From contig RSEE01000167.1 in NCBI GenBank assembly GCA_003971905.1, forward strand, positions 1-64,000: DNA of 64,000 nt, written 5' to 3'. The position numbers were made by a program, and so were the translations under genes. The notes under the pieces are model-generated. The model was not told where the DNA came from. It saw only the letters and a list, made by a program, of their open reading frames with translations, and did no database searches. This document shows positions 37,141 through 50,255 of this stretch, one piece after another. Source of the DNA: Moniliella sp. 'wahieum' (taxonomy: Eukaryota). Each line of letters begins with the position of its first letter. The first letter of the stretch is position 1.

Positions 37141-37877
37141 GGTGATGGGGATGGGTGTGGGGATGGGATGGGGATGGGGTGGCGATGGCGATGGCGATGG
37201 CGATGGCGATGGCGATGGCGATGGCGATGGCGATGGGGATGAGAATGGGAATGGCCGTGGCGGAGGCAGACGAGCAGACAGGACGAGAAAGGGGCTGAGA
37301 CTCGAGGGCGCATGGCGAGTACGCAGCTCACTGACGTCATCGCACATCGCTCCTCGTGTGGATTCCAACATTTCAGAGAGGGGGTTGGCATGTGGCATGC
37401 GACATGTGATGTGGCGTGTGATATGGGTGGACATGGGATGTGGCGCATGCTAGGCGATGTGATATGTGATACACGAAGCGCGGGGTAGCATCATTTAATG
37501 GCCGGTCGATGGCACGCACAAGCACCGCGCGCTGCCGTTCTCTCTGTCCCCTGCAGCCCCCTGCAGCGCCCACCAGCGGCGGTGGACGCCGGCGGGAGGC
37601 ACTGCTTGCAGTGCAGGCTGCCGCACCCGCCCTGTGTGCACGCAGGCGTTCTGCGTGCCGGTGGGCTCCCCTGTGCAGCGCTGCTTTGTCAACGCACAAG
37701 CAAACACAGCATCCACACGACGCATGGATGCCCCCCTGCATGGTGGATGCCAGTGCTTGCTGCGGCTGGCGTTCTTTTCTCCTCTTCTCCCACCACCACC
37801 ACCTCCTCCTCCTCCCCTCCTCTCCTCCACACCACCTTCTCTTGCCGCCGCGCAACTCCTCGTCCATCGTGCCCAGC

Positions 37878-40800
37878 ATGCCCCCCCCACTCCCCCTTCT
37901 CCCAGCCCACCACCCCCCGATCCCCCGTCCTCCCCCACCAGCTACGACGAGTGGATCGCCGCCCCCCGTCTCGCCCACCCACGACACCCACTACCCGCCC
38001 GCCAGCACCTTCCGCCCCTTCCCCGCCCACCACACCCCCTCACCCCCTCCTCCCACATCTCCCTCCCCACCGCCAGCACCCGACCACCTGCTCTCCTCCC
38101 CCCACCTGCCCCTCCCCGCCGGCCCCGTCCCCGCGCCCCCCCCTCCTAAGCTCCGACTCGTACTACTCCCACTACGCCCCGCCCCATGGCCGTGCCTTCC
38201 CGACCGCCAAGCGCCCCCTGCCCCTGCCCCTACCTCTGTCCGAAGACGACTTGCCCCACAGTGTTACCTCCCCTAGACCTCGTCCTTCCCACGGCCCATG
38301 TTCTGCCCGCCCTTTGGACGAAAAGAATGATCCTTCCGTAGCGTCCCGCATCGAGTCCTCACAGCATGTACCCGTTCCATTGGCTTGACCCTGGCATGGC
38401 GTCGTTGTCCGTCCGGCACTGGCGTCGGCGCCAAATACGCTCCCGATATGCTCTCCTCCATTCTCGCGCCCCTGTCCTGGGCCACCAAGCCCTTCTCCCC
38501 GCGCCACCTCCCCTTCTGCCAACAACGTCAACGTTCTCTTTCCTTCCTCGGGGCTCGTTCGTCCCGGCGAATCGCTTCTGGTGCTGGGCCGTCCCGAGAG
38601 CGGATGCTCCATCTTCCTCAAGGCCTTGGCCAGCTACCTCGACGACGACTATGTAGTAAACGGTGACCGCTATTCCCACCTCCACCCCAGCCACATTCGC
38701 AGTCGTTTCGTACGTTGTTGCATCCGTTCTTCTTTTTGTTCCTGGCGACTGGGTTCAATCGCTTTACTGCTTCACAACTGCTATACTACTGACACCTAGC
38801 CCCCCCCCCACCGCAACCGCACCCGCTCACGCGCGCATGTATATGCGTGTTTCCCTTTTTCTCTCTTTTTTCCCCGCAGCGAGGCGAGGTTGCCTACCTG
38901 GGCGAGGACGACATTCACTTCCCCACCCTCACCGTGGAGCAGACGATGGACTTTGTCAATGCCGCGCGGGCGCCCGGGCAAGACGCGCGTCCCGATTTGG
39001 GCACGTCAACGACCGAGGACAAGTCACGAAAAACGTACGCGGCCACTCTGCGCCATACCCTGGCCGTCGCACTTGGCCTAGAACACAGATACACCACCAA
39101 GGTCGGCGACGCTGTCATCCGTGGCGTGTCAGGCGGGGAGAAGAAGCGGGTCAGTCTGTATGAAGGCATGGCACTCATGTCGCGTATTCTTCTGCTGGAC
39201 AACCCGACGCGTGGCTTGGACAGTAACCGTGCCACTGAAACCACACAGGTCCTCCATACCGTTGCACGCGCCTCCAATGCAGTCCTGGTAGCAGCCATGT
39301 ACCAAGCTGGCGAGCCTATCTTTGCTCAGTTTGACCGTGTATGCCTCCTGAACGGTGGACGGGTGGTCTACTTTGACCCGACAGATTGCGCCGTCGCCTA
39401 CTTTGACAGTCTGGCTTTCAACAACTCCCGCACCAAAGCTCGGCCGACTTTTTGGTCAGCGTTACCGACCCGTCCGCGTGCAATGTCCAACCGGGCTTTG
39501 AAGGAGTTGTGCCGGTCACGCCGGCGGCAATGGAGGAACACTGGAACAATAGCCACCTTGCTACTCTCACACGTACCGAAACGCACGCCTTTCTCGATTC
39601 AGTCCAACCTGTTCGTAAGGACGACGACCAGAGGGGCAGCGAGTTGTTGGCTGCCGCTCTCAACACCCGTAAGGCCAAGCATGCCCCACGCAACTCGCCC
39701 TTTGTTACCACCTGGGCCCAACAGATCCGTATCTGTTTCCATCGCCGCTACCTGATGCAAATTGGCGATCCGGCCACCCATGTAACCATCATGATCGCCA
39801 TGATTGCTCAGGGCCTCATCTTTGGCAGTGTCCTTTACCAACTCCCTCACAACACTCACGGTCTTTTTCTCGTGCTAGCTCCATGTTCTTCATGTACGTT
39901 CCAAGCCTCCCCCCCATACCGTTTCGCTTTATTGCACTAGGAAAAAAATACAAAACCCATCGCACCCCCTGTGCATCTACTACCACACACACCATTGCTC
40001 TCTTTCTTTATCGCGCCCAAAAGAGTCTGCTAGGAGAGAGAGCGTGTGTGTGGGTGGATGGGTGCGTGTTCAGTGACGATTTATTGACGTATGCGCCTCA
40101 TCTTTCCTCCCCGCAGGCTCCTCTTTACTTCCTTTATGGCTCACACTGAGATTGTGATCAGCTACGACCAGCGTCCGATTGTCATTCGTCACAAAAAGTT
40201 TGGCATGGCGCGTCGAGTGCCGACTCGTTGGCCAACTCGATCTTGGAAATTTTGTTTCGGTTCCCTCCCCTGGCTGTGTTCATGGTGACCATGTACTTTC
40301 TCTGTGGCCTGAGTGCGACCGCGAGCCAATTCTTTATCGCGCTTGGCATTACCTTTCTCCTTACCGAGCTGTGCGTGGGCATTGACCGTATTCTGGCAGC
40401 CATGTTCCGGGACATGTCGCACGCAGCCATGGTGGCCGGCTTGCTAGTGATTGATTTTGCCTTGTACGCCGGGTTTGCGATTCCTCAACCCTTCTTTGTC
40501 AAGTGGTGGGACTGGCTGCGCTGGTGGAACCCGATGAACATGGCATTTGAAATGCTCACCACCAACGAATTTCGTACCCTGACAGCCACTTGCTCTCAAA
40601 TGGTCCCGGCAGGTGGATCCTACGACACGGTTCCGGTCGCCTACAGGTCTTGCTCGGCTCCGGGTGTTCCGCCAGGGACAGATAAGGTGTCTGGATCCGA
40701 GTATCTCAAGCTCGCCTATGGTTGTACGTCCTCCACATCCTTATTCTTTCCTTTTCCTTTTCGTCCTTCTTCCCATCACTCCTAATGTTGACCGTCTGTT

Positions 40801-43229
40801 TTCCCATGCGTCTCTTCTCAGTCGACTGGGACCACCGCTGGCGACTGACGGGTGCCATGCTGGGGATTTGGCTCGGATCCGTGGTGGCGTATGCGGTGGC
40901 CTGCGAGTTCCAGAAAGATGCTAGCACACGGATGGCTGTCCTTCTGTATTCGCGTCGTGCGAGCAAACTCTTGTCCCCGCTGCAGGTGATGGAGGAGCGA
41001 GCCAAGTCAGCTCGGACGCTGGAGCACGATGTGCCTGTTGGCCCCATAGTGACGCCAAGCCACAGTGATCCCTTTCCTGGCCTTGCAGCTGCGCAGCGGG
41101 ATAAAGACCAGCGCGTGTTTACCTTCCAAAATGTATGCTACGATGTGGTGGTCAAGGGCCAAACACGCCGCTTGCTGTCCGACGTAACGGGCATTGTGCC
41201 TCCGGGCCAATTGACGGCGATCATGGGCCCCTCGGGCAGCGGCAAGACAACCTTGATGAATGTACTGGCGCAACGAACCAAGGGCCTAGGCGTCGTGTCC
41301 GGTACTTTTCTCTGTGACGTCTCCCGCTTCCGTTGGGCTTTCAACACGAGACGGGATACTGCGAGCAAACTGACACGCATCTCTCTACGACCACTGTGCG
41401 TGAGGCGTTGCACTTCTCTGCGCTGCTGCGGCAGGCGACCGGGTCAAAGAAAGACAAGTTGGCGTGGTGCGAGCAGGTGATCGACTTGCTCGATATGGGC
41501 GCCTGGGCCGATGCGTGGTAGGCACGGCAGGCGACTGGCAAGCGCTCAGCTTGGAACAACGTAAGCGACTGACGATTGCCGTCGAGGTGGCAGCCAGCCG
41601 AGTCTGCTGTTGTTTCTAGACGAACCTACGAGTGGGATGGACACTTTATCGGCCCGATCGATTGTGCATTCACTCAAGCGTCTTGCCCTTGCCGGCCAGT
41701 CCATCCTCTGCACCATCCCCAGCCTAGCGGCGACCTCCTCGCCCAGTTCGACCGTCTCCTCCTCTCGACGAGGAAAGGTGGTGTTCAATGGTCCCTTGCA
41801 CACCTCGACCCGCTCCTGCGGCGCGGTGCTGGACCACTTTCAGGCCATGCCCATCGTCTCTGTGCCGGTGAAAACCCAGCAGAGTTATGATGGACTGCAT
41901 TGCCGCCCCGCCGCCCGAAGCGACCGATTGGGCCAGCGTCTATTCACATAGCTCCATGGCGACCCACACCAAAGCCGCCATCGCATCTGCCATCCAAGCC
42001 GGTCGTACCGCCTCGTCTCTTCGCTCCTCCTCTGATGCGCACTTGCACGCACACGAGCACGCACAAGAGTACGGCGCTCGTCTGCCCACCCAGCTGGCCC
42101 AGTTGTTCCGCCGCACCTGGATCCACTTTTGGCGCAGCCCCAATTACTTGGTGTCCAAGTTTGCGCTCAACTTGATTGCCGGTCTCTTTGTCGGCTCGTC
42201 GTTTTGGCACCAGGGCACGCAAAGTTCCCCGTCCAACCTGGCCATTCGCGTGTTTGCTCACTTTGTTGGTACGTCCCAGCCATCTTTTGTTTCTTTCCTT
42301 CCGTCTCCCTCTTCTTTCCACTGCGCGGTTAATAGGGACGGATGAGCACAACCGACTAACCTAAAGGACGGGCGGGGGATGCATTCTCACAGCCAATGTG
42401 CTGGCTGTCCCGCTGGCGCAGCACATGCTGCCCATGTACGTCGAGATGCGGAGCGTGTTTGAAACGCGCGAGCGGCAAGCGAAGATTTACTCGTGGTATG
42501 CGTTCCAGGCCACGTTTCTGGCGGTGGAGGTGCCGTGGGACTGGGTGTGTGGGCTGGCGTATTGGGTTCCGTGGGAGATGATGGGGGCAACACGGGGTCG
42601 CACTGGTGGTCGCTGCTGTGGTTTGTGCCGCTGTACTGCACCTTTGGCCAGCGCTGGGCGTGTGGATCCAGAACATGGCGCCGGACGCCTTGCTGGGCGG
42701 CATCCTCTTCGAGTCGTTCTACTCGTTCTGCCTCATGTTTTCTGGCATCGTCACGCCGCCGTCGCTGATGCCTGCGTTTTGGCACTGGATGAACAAGCTC
42801 ACGCCGCTGCGGTACTACATGGAAGGCCAGGCGGGCAACGCGATGCAGGGGGAGCGCGTGCGCTGCTCGGCCGTCGACCTGGTCCCGATCCAGCCGCCAC
42901 CAGGCATGACGTGTGCAAGCTACTTGGCCGACTTTAGTCCGACGTTTGACGACGCCCAGCGCGCCCTGGCCCAGCACACCCTCCCGCCGGGGCAAGGGTA
43001 CTGGGTGCCGCTCGACCCCGCCACCAGCGCAGGCGCGTGCGGATGGTGTCCGCTGAGCCATGCCGACGCCTACCTCGCCACGCTCGGCATGGACGCAAGT
43101 AAGCGCACGCGCGATCTATGGATTTGCGCTGTACGTCGTGGCCAACCTGCTGTTCTGCTTTGCCTCGTTTTATGTGTTCCGCATCGCGTCCCCGGCGCGC
43201 TGCTGGCGCGGTGGCGCCGCAAGCGCTAG
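37878..43229 (+). CDS. PDR-type (full-size ABCG) ABC transporter
   Basis: NBD1 [53 protein letters not shown]1 [18 protein letters not shown]2 [49 protein letters not shown]2 [29 protein letters not shown]. Several introns. Confidence 0.95.
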
Positions 43230-43230
43230 G

Positions 43231-43326
43231 GATGGTGATGGCGATGGTGATGGTGATGGTGATGGTGATGGTGATGGTGATGGTGATGGTGATGGTGATG
43301 GTGATGGTGATGGTGATGGTGATGGC
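43231..43326 (+). repeat. (GATGGT)n hexamer microsatellite
   Basis: About 16 units immediately after the ABC transporter stop codon. Confidence 0.95.
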
Positions 43327-43508
43327 AATGGCATTGGCGGTGGTGATGTTGGCTGCTGACAGCGTCATAGACCTGCGACATAGCACGTGCACGCCCACTG
43401 CGGATCCACTGCGGGGCTGAACGTTTCAGGGTGGGCTCAGGGGAGGGAAGAGAAGGGCAAGGGGCAGCCCCACCGCCCAACCGGTGCGGCTGCGCCTCCA
43501 CCTCCGCC

Positions 43509-46500
43509 ATGCCCGCGCCGCGACCTGACCGCAACGACGGCCGCCGTCGCCGACGACCGCCACGACGACCGCGGCGCTCCTGGCGGTGCCGACGACGACG
43601 ACCCGCTGCTCGACGGCGCACATGGCCTGCACATCGTCCACTCCTATGCCCAGTCCATCGCCGATGCCGACCGCTCCGAGCGGCGCCACACCGCCAGCCT
43701 GCCGCCGCCGCCAGCGCAGCACCCAGCTCTTCCACCGCATCGCTGCCTCCTTCCGCGCCGCGCCCTCCCACCGCCCACACCACCGCTCCTCCCTCCACGA
43801 CCCCGACCTCCCCGCCCCGACCCCGACGGCGACGGTGCTGACGGTGCGATGCCGCGCCGCTCCTCGGCCCGAGCGCGGGCCGCCGCCGGGGCCGGCCAGC
43901 ACCCGGGCCCAGCCCGCGTGGAAACGGCTCTTCCAGCGCACCCGAAACCTTGACGCGCCGCCGCGTGTACATGAACATCCCCCTGCCGCCTCGGAACTGG
44001 ACCGGTTCGGCGAGCCCAAGGCGGTGTATGCGCGCAACAAGGTGCGCACCACCAAGTACACTGCCTTGTCCTTCCTGCCCAAGTTCCTCTTTGAGCAGTT
44101 CCGTCGTATCGCCAACGTTTTTTTCCTCCTGCTCATTTTCTCCAGATCCGCGTCGAGTTTACCGCTGGCAACTCTATCCCCCAGGTCGCCATGCTACCGC
44201 TCGTTTATCCTCGGCATTACCGCCGTCAAGGACGGCATTGAGGATTCTCGTCGGCACGTACAGGATAAGGGGGTGAACAATGCACCTACCTTGTGTTTGG
44301 GACATGGCTGGCGTAACGTCAATACCCCCACGATACACGTAGTGCATTTCGCCGTCTGTTCCGCCTCCCGGGTGCGGGTTCGGGTGCGGGCGCCGGCGCC
44401 GGCACCAGCAGGACCCCGTCGCGGAGGGTACGCAAGCTTCGTGCTGCCCATGCCGAAGACGACTTGATTGCGATGGAACGTCTGGCTCCCGCGGTGGAGC
44501 AGGACGTGGAGTCGATGCAGGACGCCGGCACCACACTGTACGATGGGTCTACAGCCTACACATCTTCCCAGTCATTTACCAGTCTGCCCATGCTGGGCGA
44601 ATCAACGAGTGCCGCGACCGGCTCGTCCAGCTCAGCTGGCTTGCGCCGCAAAGCCGATGTCGTGGACGAGACGCGCACGGTCTCGGGCACAGTGCGGTGG
44701 GAACATACCATGTGGAAGAAAGTCGAGGTGGGGGACGTGCTGCTGCTACAAGAAAACGACGAGCGGTTGGGTACCAGCGGACGTGGTGATTCTAGCAACC
44801 TCCGACCCAGATGGTCAGGCTTACGTCGAAACTAAAAACCTGGATGGAGAAACTAACCTCAAGCCGCGCCAGGCTCTCAAGGCAACCCAAAACATCCGCT
44901 CGGAATCCGACTTGCAACAGGCCATGTTTGTTGTCGATGCCGAGGCGCCCCAGGCCAACCTGTACAGTTTCAATGGTGTGCTCGAGTTTACTCCTGCTCC
45001 GTCTTCTCGCCCAAATACAACCTCAAACACAACAACACAAACACAAAACAACAAATGAGACGGCCGATTCCGATACCTTTTCCCTGGCCGCGGCGGGTGC
45101 GACCGAGGTGGGCGACGCGAGCATCGAGCCCGTAACGATCAACGAGTTGATGTTACGTGGGTGCACGTTGCGCAACACGAGTTGGGCCGTGGGCCTGGTC
45201 TTGTTTACTGGAAACGACACGAAGATTATGCTCAACTCGGGCGAGACGCCATCGAAGCGGTCCAAGATCGAGAAGGAGACAACTTTAATGTGGGCTTTAA
45301 CTTTGTCTTGCTGTTTGTCATGTGCTTTGTGTGTGCGCTGGTGGGGGGCATCAATTCAGGCCGAACCAACGACTCAAGGGCGGTGTATGAGCGCAATTCC
45401 CTCTACGGCTCTAGCCCCGCTGCCAATGGAGCCATCCTTTTTGCGTACGTTGTCTCCCCCCCCCCCTCTATCCTGCCAGGCCAGCAAGTCTGGTCTGTCT
45501 GCTCTGTGCCCCGCTCACGGATTAAACATCTGGTTTTGCTCGTAGCGCCACCATCATTGTCTTTCAAAATATCGTTCCCATCTCTCTACATCTCGATCGA
45601 AATCGTCAAGACGATCCAAGCGTTTTTTATCCACCGCGATCGCGAAATGTATACGAGCCACTGGATTACCCCTGCATGCCCAAATCATGGAACATTGCCG
45701 ACGATCTGGGCCAGATCGAGTACATCTTTTCCGACAAGACGGGTACCCTGACGCAAAATGTAATGGAGTTCAAAAAATGTTCGATCGCAGGAACCACCTA
45801 CGGGTCGGGCATGACCGAGGCCATGCTCGGCGCCCTTCGGCGCCAGGGCAAAGTCGTTACGGACGTCGAGTGAGTTGGCTGAGCAGGACAGACATCTCGA
45901 GGAAGAAAAGCAAGCTATGCTCCAACGACTGGAAGGTACCTGTCCAATCCGTATTTGCAGCCGGACCACTTGACCATCGTTAGCCTCCCGCTCGCCACGA
46001 CGCTCGGTGCGTCTGCCCCTGCGAGTGCTCAACAGGCGCAGCAGCGCGACGCGGCAATTGGCTTTTTTCGCGCGCTCGCGCTCTGTCACACGGCACTCGT
46101 CGCCACCACGAGGGAAGGAACGGTGGACTACAAGGCCGAGTCGCCGGATGAGGAAGCGCTCGTCTCGGCTGCGCGAGACTTGGGGTTCGCGTTTGTCAAG
46201 CGCACTCACCATTTGCTCGAGGTCAACTGTTGGGCCAGAGGGAGAGGTACGAGCCGCTGCACGTGCTGGGGTTTACCTCGACGCGCAAACGGATGAGCGT
46301 GATTGTGCGCGAGACGCAGACGGGTCGGATTTTGCTGCTGAGCAAAGGTGATTCGGTCATGTACCAACGCTTGGCTCGCGACCACGATCGTGTATTGAAA
46401 GCCCAGACGAGCAAGGACTTGGAAACGTTCGCCAATGCGGGCTTGCGGACGCTGTGTGGCGTACAGTACGTGTCGGAGGGGAGGAAGCGTATGGCGCATG

Positions 46501-49001
46501 GGCCGAGGCTCATGCGGCAGCAGTGCATCCCTCACCGAGCGGGACGAACGAGTGGACGCCTCGGCAGACCAGATGGAACAGGATCTGTACCTATTGGGGC
46601 TACAGTCTGGAAGTAAGTTGCAACAAGGTGTGCCCGATGCGATTGCCAGTTGCGCCGCGCAGGCATCAAGATTTGGATCTTGACGGGCGACAAGCTCCAG
46701 ACAGCTATCGAGATTGGATTTAGCTGTAACCTCTTGTCGACCGACATGGACATCTTGATCCTCTCTGCCGATACGGCGGCGACGCGAAGCGCAGTGGTCG
46801 CTGCGTGCGACAAGCTCTCGCTGCCGGTCGAACCGATTGTTGTTGACGGTACCCCGCGCCCGATGCGGGCTAAGGAGACATTCCGTGCCGTAGTCTCTGC
46901 CGCGGGATGGGTTTGCCGTCGTGATCGATGGCGAGACGCTCAAGGGGCGTTGCGGGCGGAGCAAAACCGCTCTTCTTGGCGCTGACGACGCAGTGCGAGG
47001 CGGTGGTCTGTTGCCGCGTCTCGCCAGCGCAGAAGGCTGACGTGGTCGGCTGGTCAAACAAGGCTGTGGATCCATGACGCTCGCCATTGGTGATGGCGCC
47101 AACGATGTGGCGATGATCCAGGAAGCCCATTGCGGTGTCGGATCGCAGGTAAGGAAGGTGCCCAAGCCGCCATGTCGGCCGACTATGCTATTGGACAGTT
47201 CCGATTCCTGGTGCGCTTGCTCTTAGTCCATGGACATTGGTCCGTGGTTCGGATTGCACGCATGCACTGTGTATTTTTCTTCAAGAACATCATTTGGACC
47301 TTGTGTCTGGCGTGGTATCAGCTTATGGTGTGCGTATCTTTCCCTTCTCCATTTCTTTCTCCTTCTCCCCCCACCCCTTCATCTCCTCTCCTCTTTTCCT
47401 CTTCTCTCGCTGGGCGGGACAGGGCGATTGACCAAATATGTGGATAATGGACATGGCACAGCGAGTTCGACGGCACCTACCTTGTTCCCTACCCCTTCAT
47501 CTTGCTCTTCAACTTGGTCTTTACCAGTTTGCCCAGCATCCTTCTCGGTGCGCTGGACCAGGATGTGAACGCGGCGGCGCTCATGGCGGTGCCCGAGACC
47601 TACTTCAAAGGTCGGCAGGGCAAGTACTACACCCGCCCCATCTTCTTCGGCTACATTATCGATGGCATTTACCAGTCGGTCGTCTGCTTCTTTCTGCCGT
47701 GGGCCATGTGGGGCAAGTACCCCGCTACCAACGCCGATGGCCACGATATGATGTCGCTCTATCTGTTTGGTACCTCGGTCGCTGGGGCGGCGGTGACGTG
47801 CGCCAACCTGGCCGCGGCGGCCATCAGCAGTTACTGGACCTGGCTCTTTTGGGTAATTGAAGTCCTGTCGATCTTTGCGTTTTTTATCTTCTCAGCCATC
47901 TACTCGGCGTTCAACTCGTTCATCTTTGACGATGTCGCGTACTACCTGTACGCCTCGGTCCTGTTCTGGGTCACGCTGGCCATGACGGTGGTACTGGCGA
48001 TGCTGCCGCGGGTATGCTTTTTGGCGTGGCGCAGTAGCTTTTACCCGGACGACTGTACGATCGTGCGGGAACAGTGGGTTGTCGGTGACCTCAAGGACCG
48101 TCTCGGCCTGGGGCATCGCCACCCTCGTCGCGCTGAAAAACGAAGGGATAAAGCGACGGCCAAGCAAATCGCCTCCTTAGGTTTCACCCAGAGTTGGAGG
48201 CACAAGCTACAAGCACTACCAAGCTCGCAGCGCGCGCTGGCTTCCACCGCTCCACACCTTCCTTCGCCGAGTCGATCAGCGGATACCGTGCCTCGAACCC
48301 TGTGCGCCCCGACCTCGATCTCGACCCGGACGAGGCGAGTGTCTGGGCAGCTCCGGTAGACGAGTACGACGTTGGTGAGGCCATCGGACGCTCGTCACCC
48401 ACCAAGACGGCTGTGAAGCTCGACAAGGACACGGCACTACCCCAGGACGTTCCTCCCGGCCAAAAGGCAAGCGCGGGGATGGACATTCGCTTGGTCGACC
48501 TCGACAACGACCTCAATCTCGACAACGACCTCAATCTCGACAACGACACCCCGACTTCGACGTCGCGCCTGCCGTCCCGCCCCTCGTCCGCTCGCCCTCA
48601 CCCTCACCCTCGCCGTCGTCGGTCTATGGCCCATCCCATCCTTCTTCCCATCCCCGCCCACCCCCGCAGAGAGAAGAGTCTGGCCGATTTGTCGGAGCCG
48701 AGCGTGCGCTCTCGCTCTTGCCCCCCGCCCTGGGCTCTGCTCCCTTGCCCGCGGGGTCATCCTTGACGCCGCTGCCCCGCCTCCGTCCAATAGCACAGTC
48801 AGCTCCACCTACTCCGTTGCCTCTCCTTCCACAGCCGCGCCGCCTCCGCCCTGGGCATTCGATCGGTCCACGTACGATGAACCTGCGCGGCTGGACCCGT
48901 GGGCCGAGCTGGGCGCATCGGACGACGTGCTATCTTCCTTGGCGCCCACCATGTCCTCTCACCCTCTCCCTTTTCCGCGACCCCACTCTCCCGCCTCCTA
49001 A
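43509..49001 (+). CDS. P4-ATPase phospholipid flippase (Dnf1/Dnf2-like)
   Basis: [143 protein letters not shown]-terminal end approximate. Confidence 0.96.
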
Positions 49002-50255
49002 CTCCCTGATCCCCGCGGCCCACTTATCCACCCACTATCCATCCTCTATTCATCCTCCTAATCCTTACCCAGGCGGACGACGACCCCCTCCATCCCGCCT
49101 CTCCCCCAGCGCCTTGACCTCTCTTACCTTTTACGTTTTTCTCCCGCCATGTTTCTCCTGTTTCTCTTCTATTTTCCCCTTTTCTTCTCTTTTCCCTTCT
49201 CCCACCCAGGATCAGGCACCGCGCCAAGCGCACAAGGACGCTCTCTTCCCCCACTTTGCCCTCTCTTCCGCACCCTCTTATATCTTCCGGGACGGCTGGC
49301 CTGCTTCGGCTGAACGTCCACCGCTTCGTTGTCGGGTTGGTGTTGGCACCCGTGTGTGTCGGGCGCACGCACTACCTGTTTTGATCTATGGTCTATTGAT
49401 GTATGATATCCCATCTGTGCCGGGGCTAGACGTCCTCAGGATTTGCGTGGGGTGTGTGGCGGCGGCGGAACTGGGTATGGGTGCTGCGAATGCGTACTGG
49501 GCCGGCGGGCGTGTCGGCGGCCTCCGGACCGTCGGAGGTGAGCGGGCCGAGGGGACGCGCTACTGACTCGGTCGGTGGAAAAGAAGGAACGGGAAAGGGG
49601 CGACGAGTGTGACGTTCAAGTCACTCACTGGTGAGTAGTCACTAGTCACTTGTCACTCGTGACGTGGCGCACCTGAGACGGAGGACTCCACCTGAGCGTC
49701 TGAGCTGAGCTAAGCGTGCGGGTGGAGGGGCGCGGGATGGTTTGAGACGCCACGGAGGGATGAGCTGGGGGGGCGTAGAATGCCTGATCGTTTCTGGCGC
49801 CCCCGTTTCGGCGGTCGGCGATTCCTGCGTGCTGCTGCTGCGCGCCACAAGTGCCCTGCGTGGCGGGGGGGCAGTCACTAGTCACTAGTCACTAGTCTCG
49901 CCTTAGACCGGTGGCGTCGCCGGAGCGATCCCGACCAACAACCCTCGTTTGCGTGTCTACGGCCTGAGGAGGGGAGACGTGGTGGGCTCGGTTGTGCTGC
50001 GGTTGCTCCCCGGTTGCTCCTGCCATCTCGTATCCACACGCCTCCATCACATCCCAGTCACCTCATCCCCAGTGGCCACCCCTCCAGCATCACCCCCATC
50101 ACGCCCCCTGCCTGCTCCCCGCCTACTTCTACCTGCCCTTGGTGTTACCTCTGCTGTCCTCGCCTCTGCCTTCTCGCCACCATCCCCTGCCTTCTCCCCA
50201 CCATCCCCTGCCTTCTCCCACCATCTCCCCACCCTCCCTCAATCGCACGCCCCCC

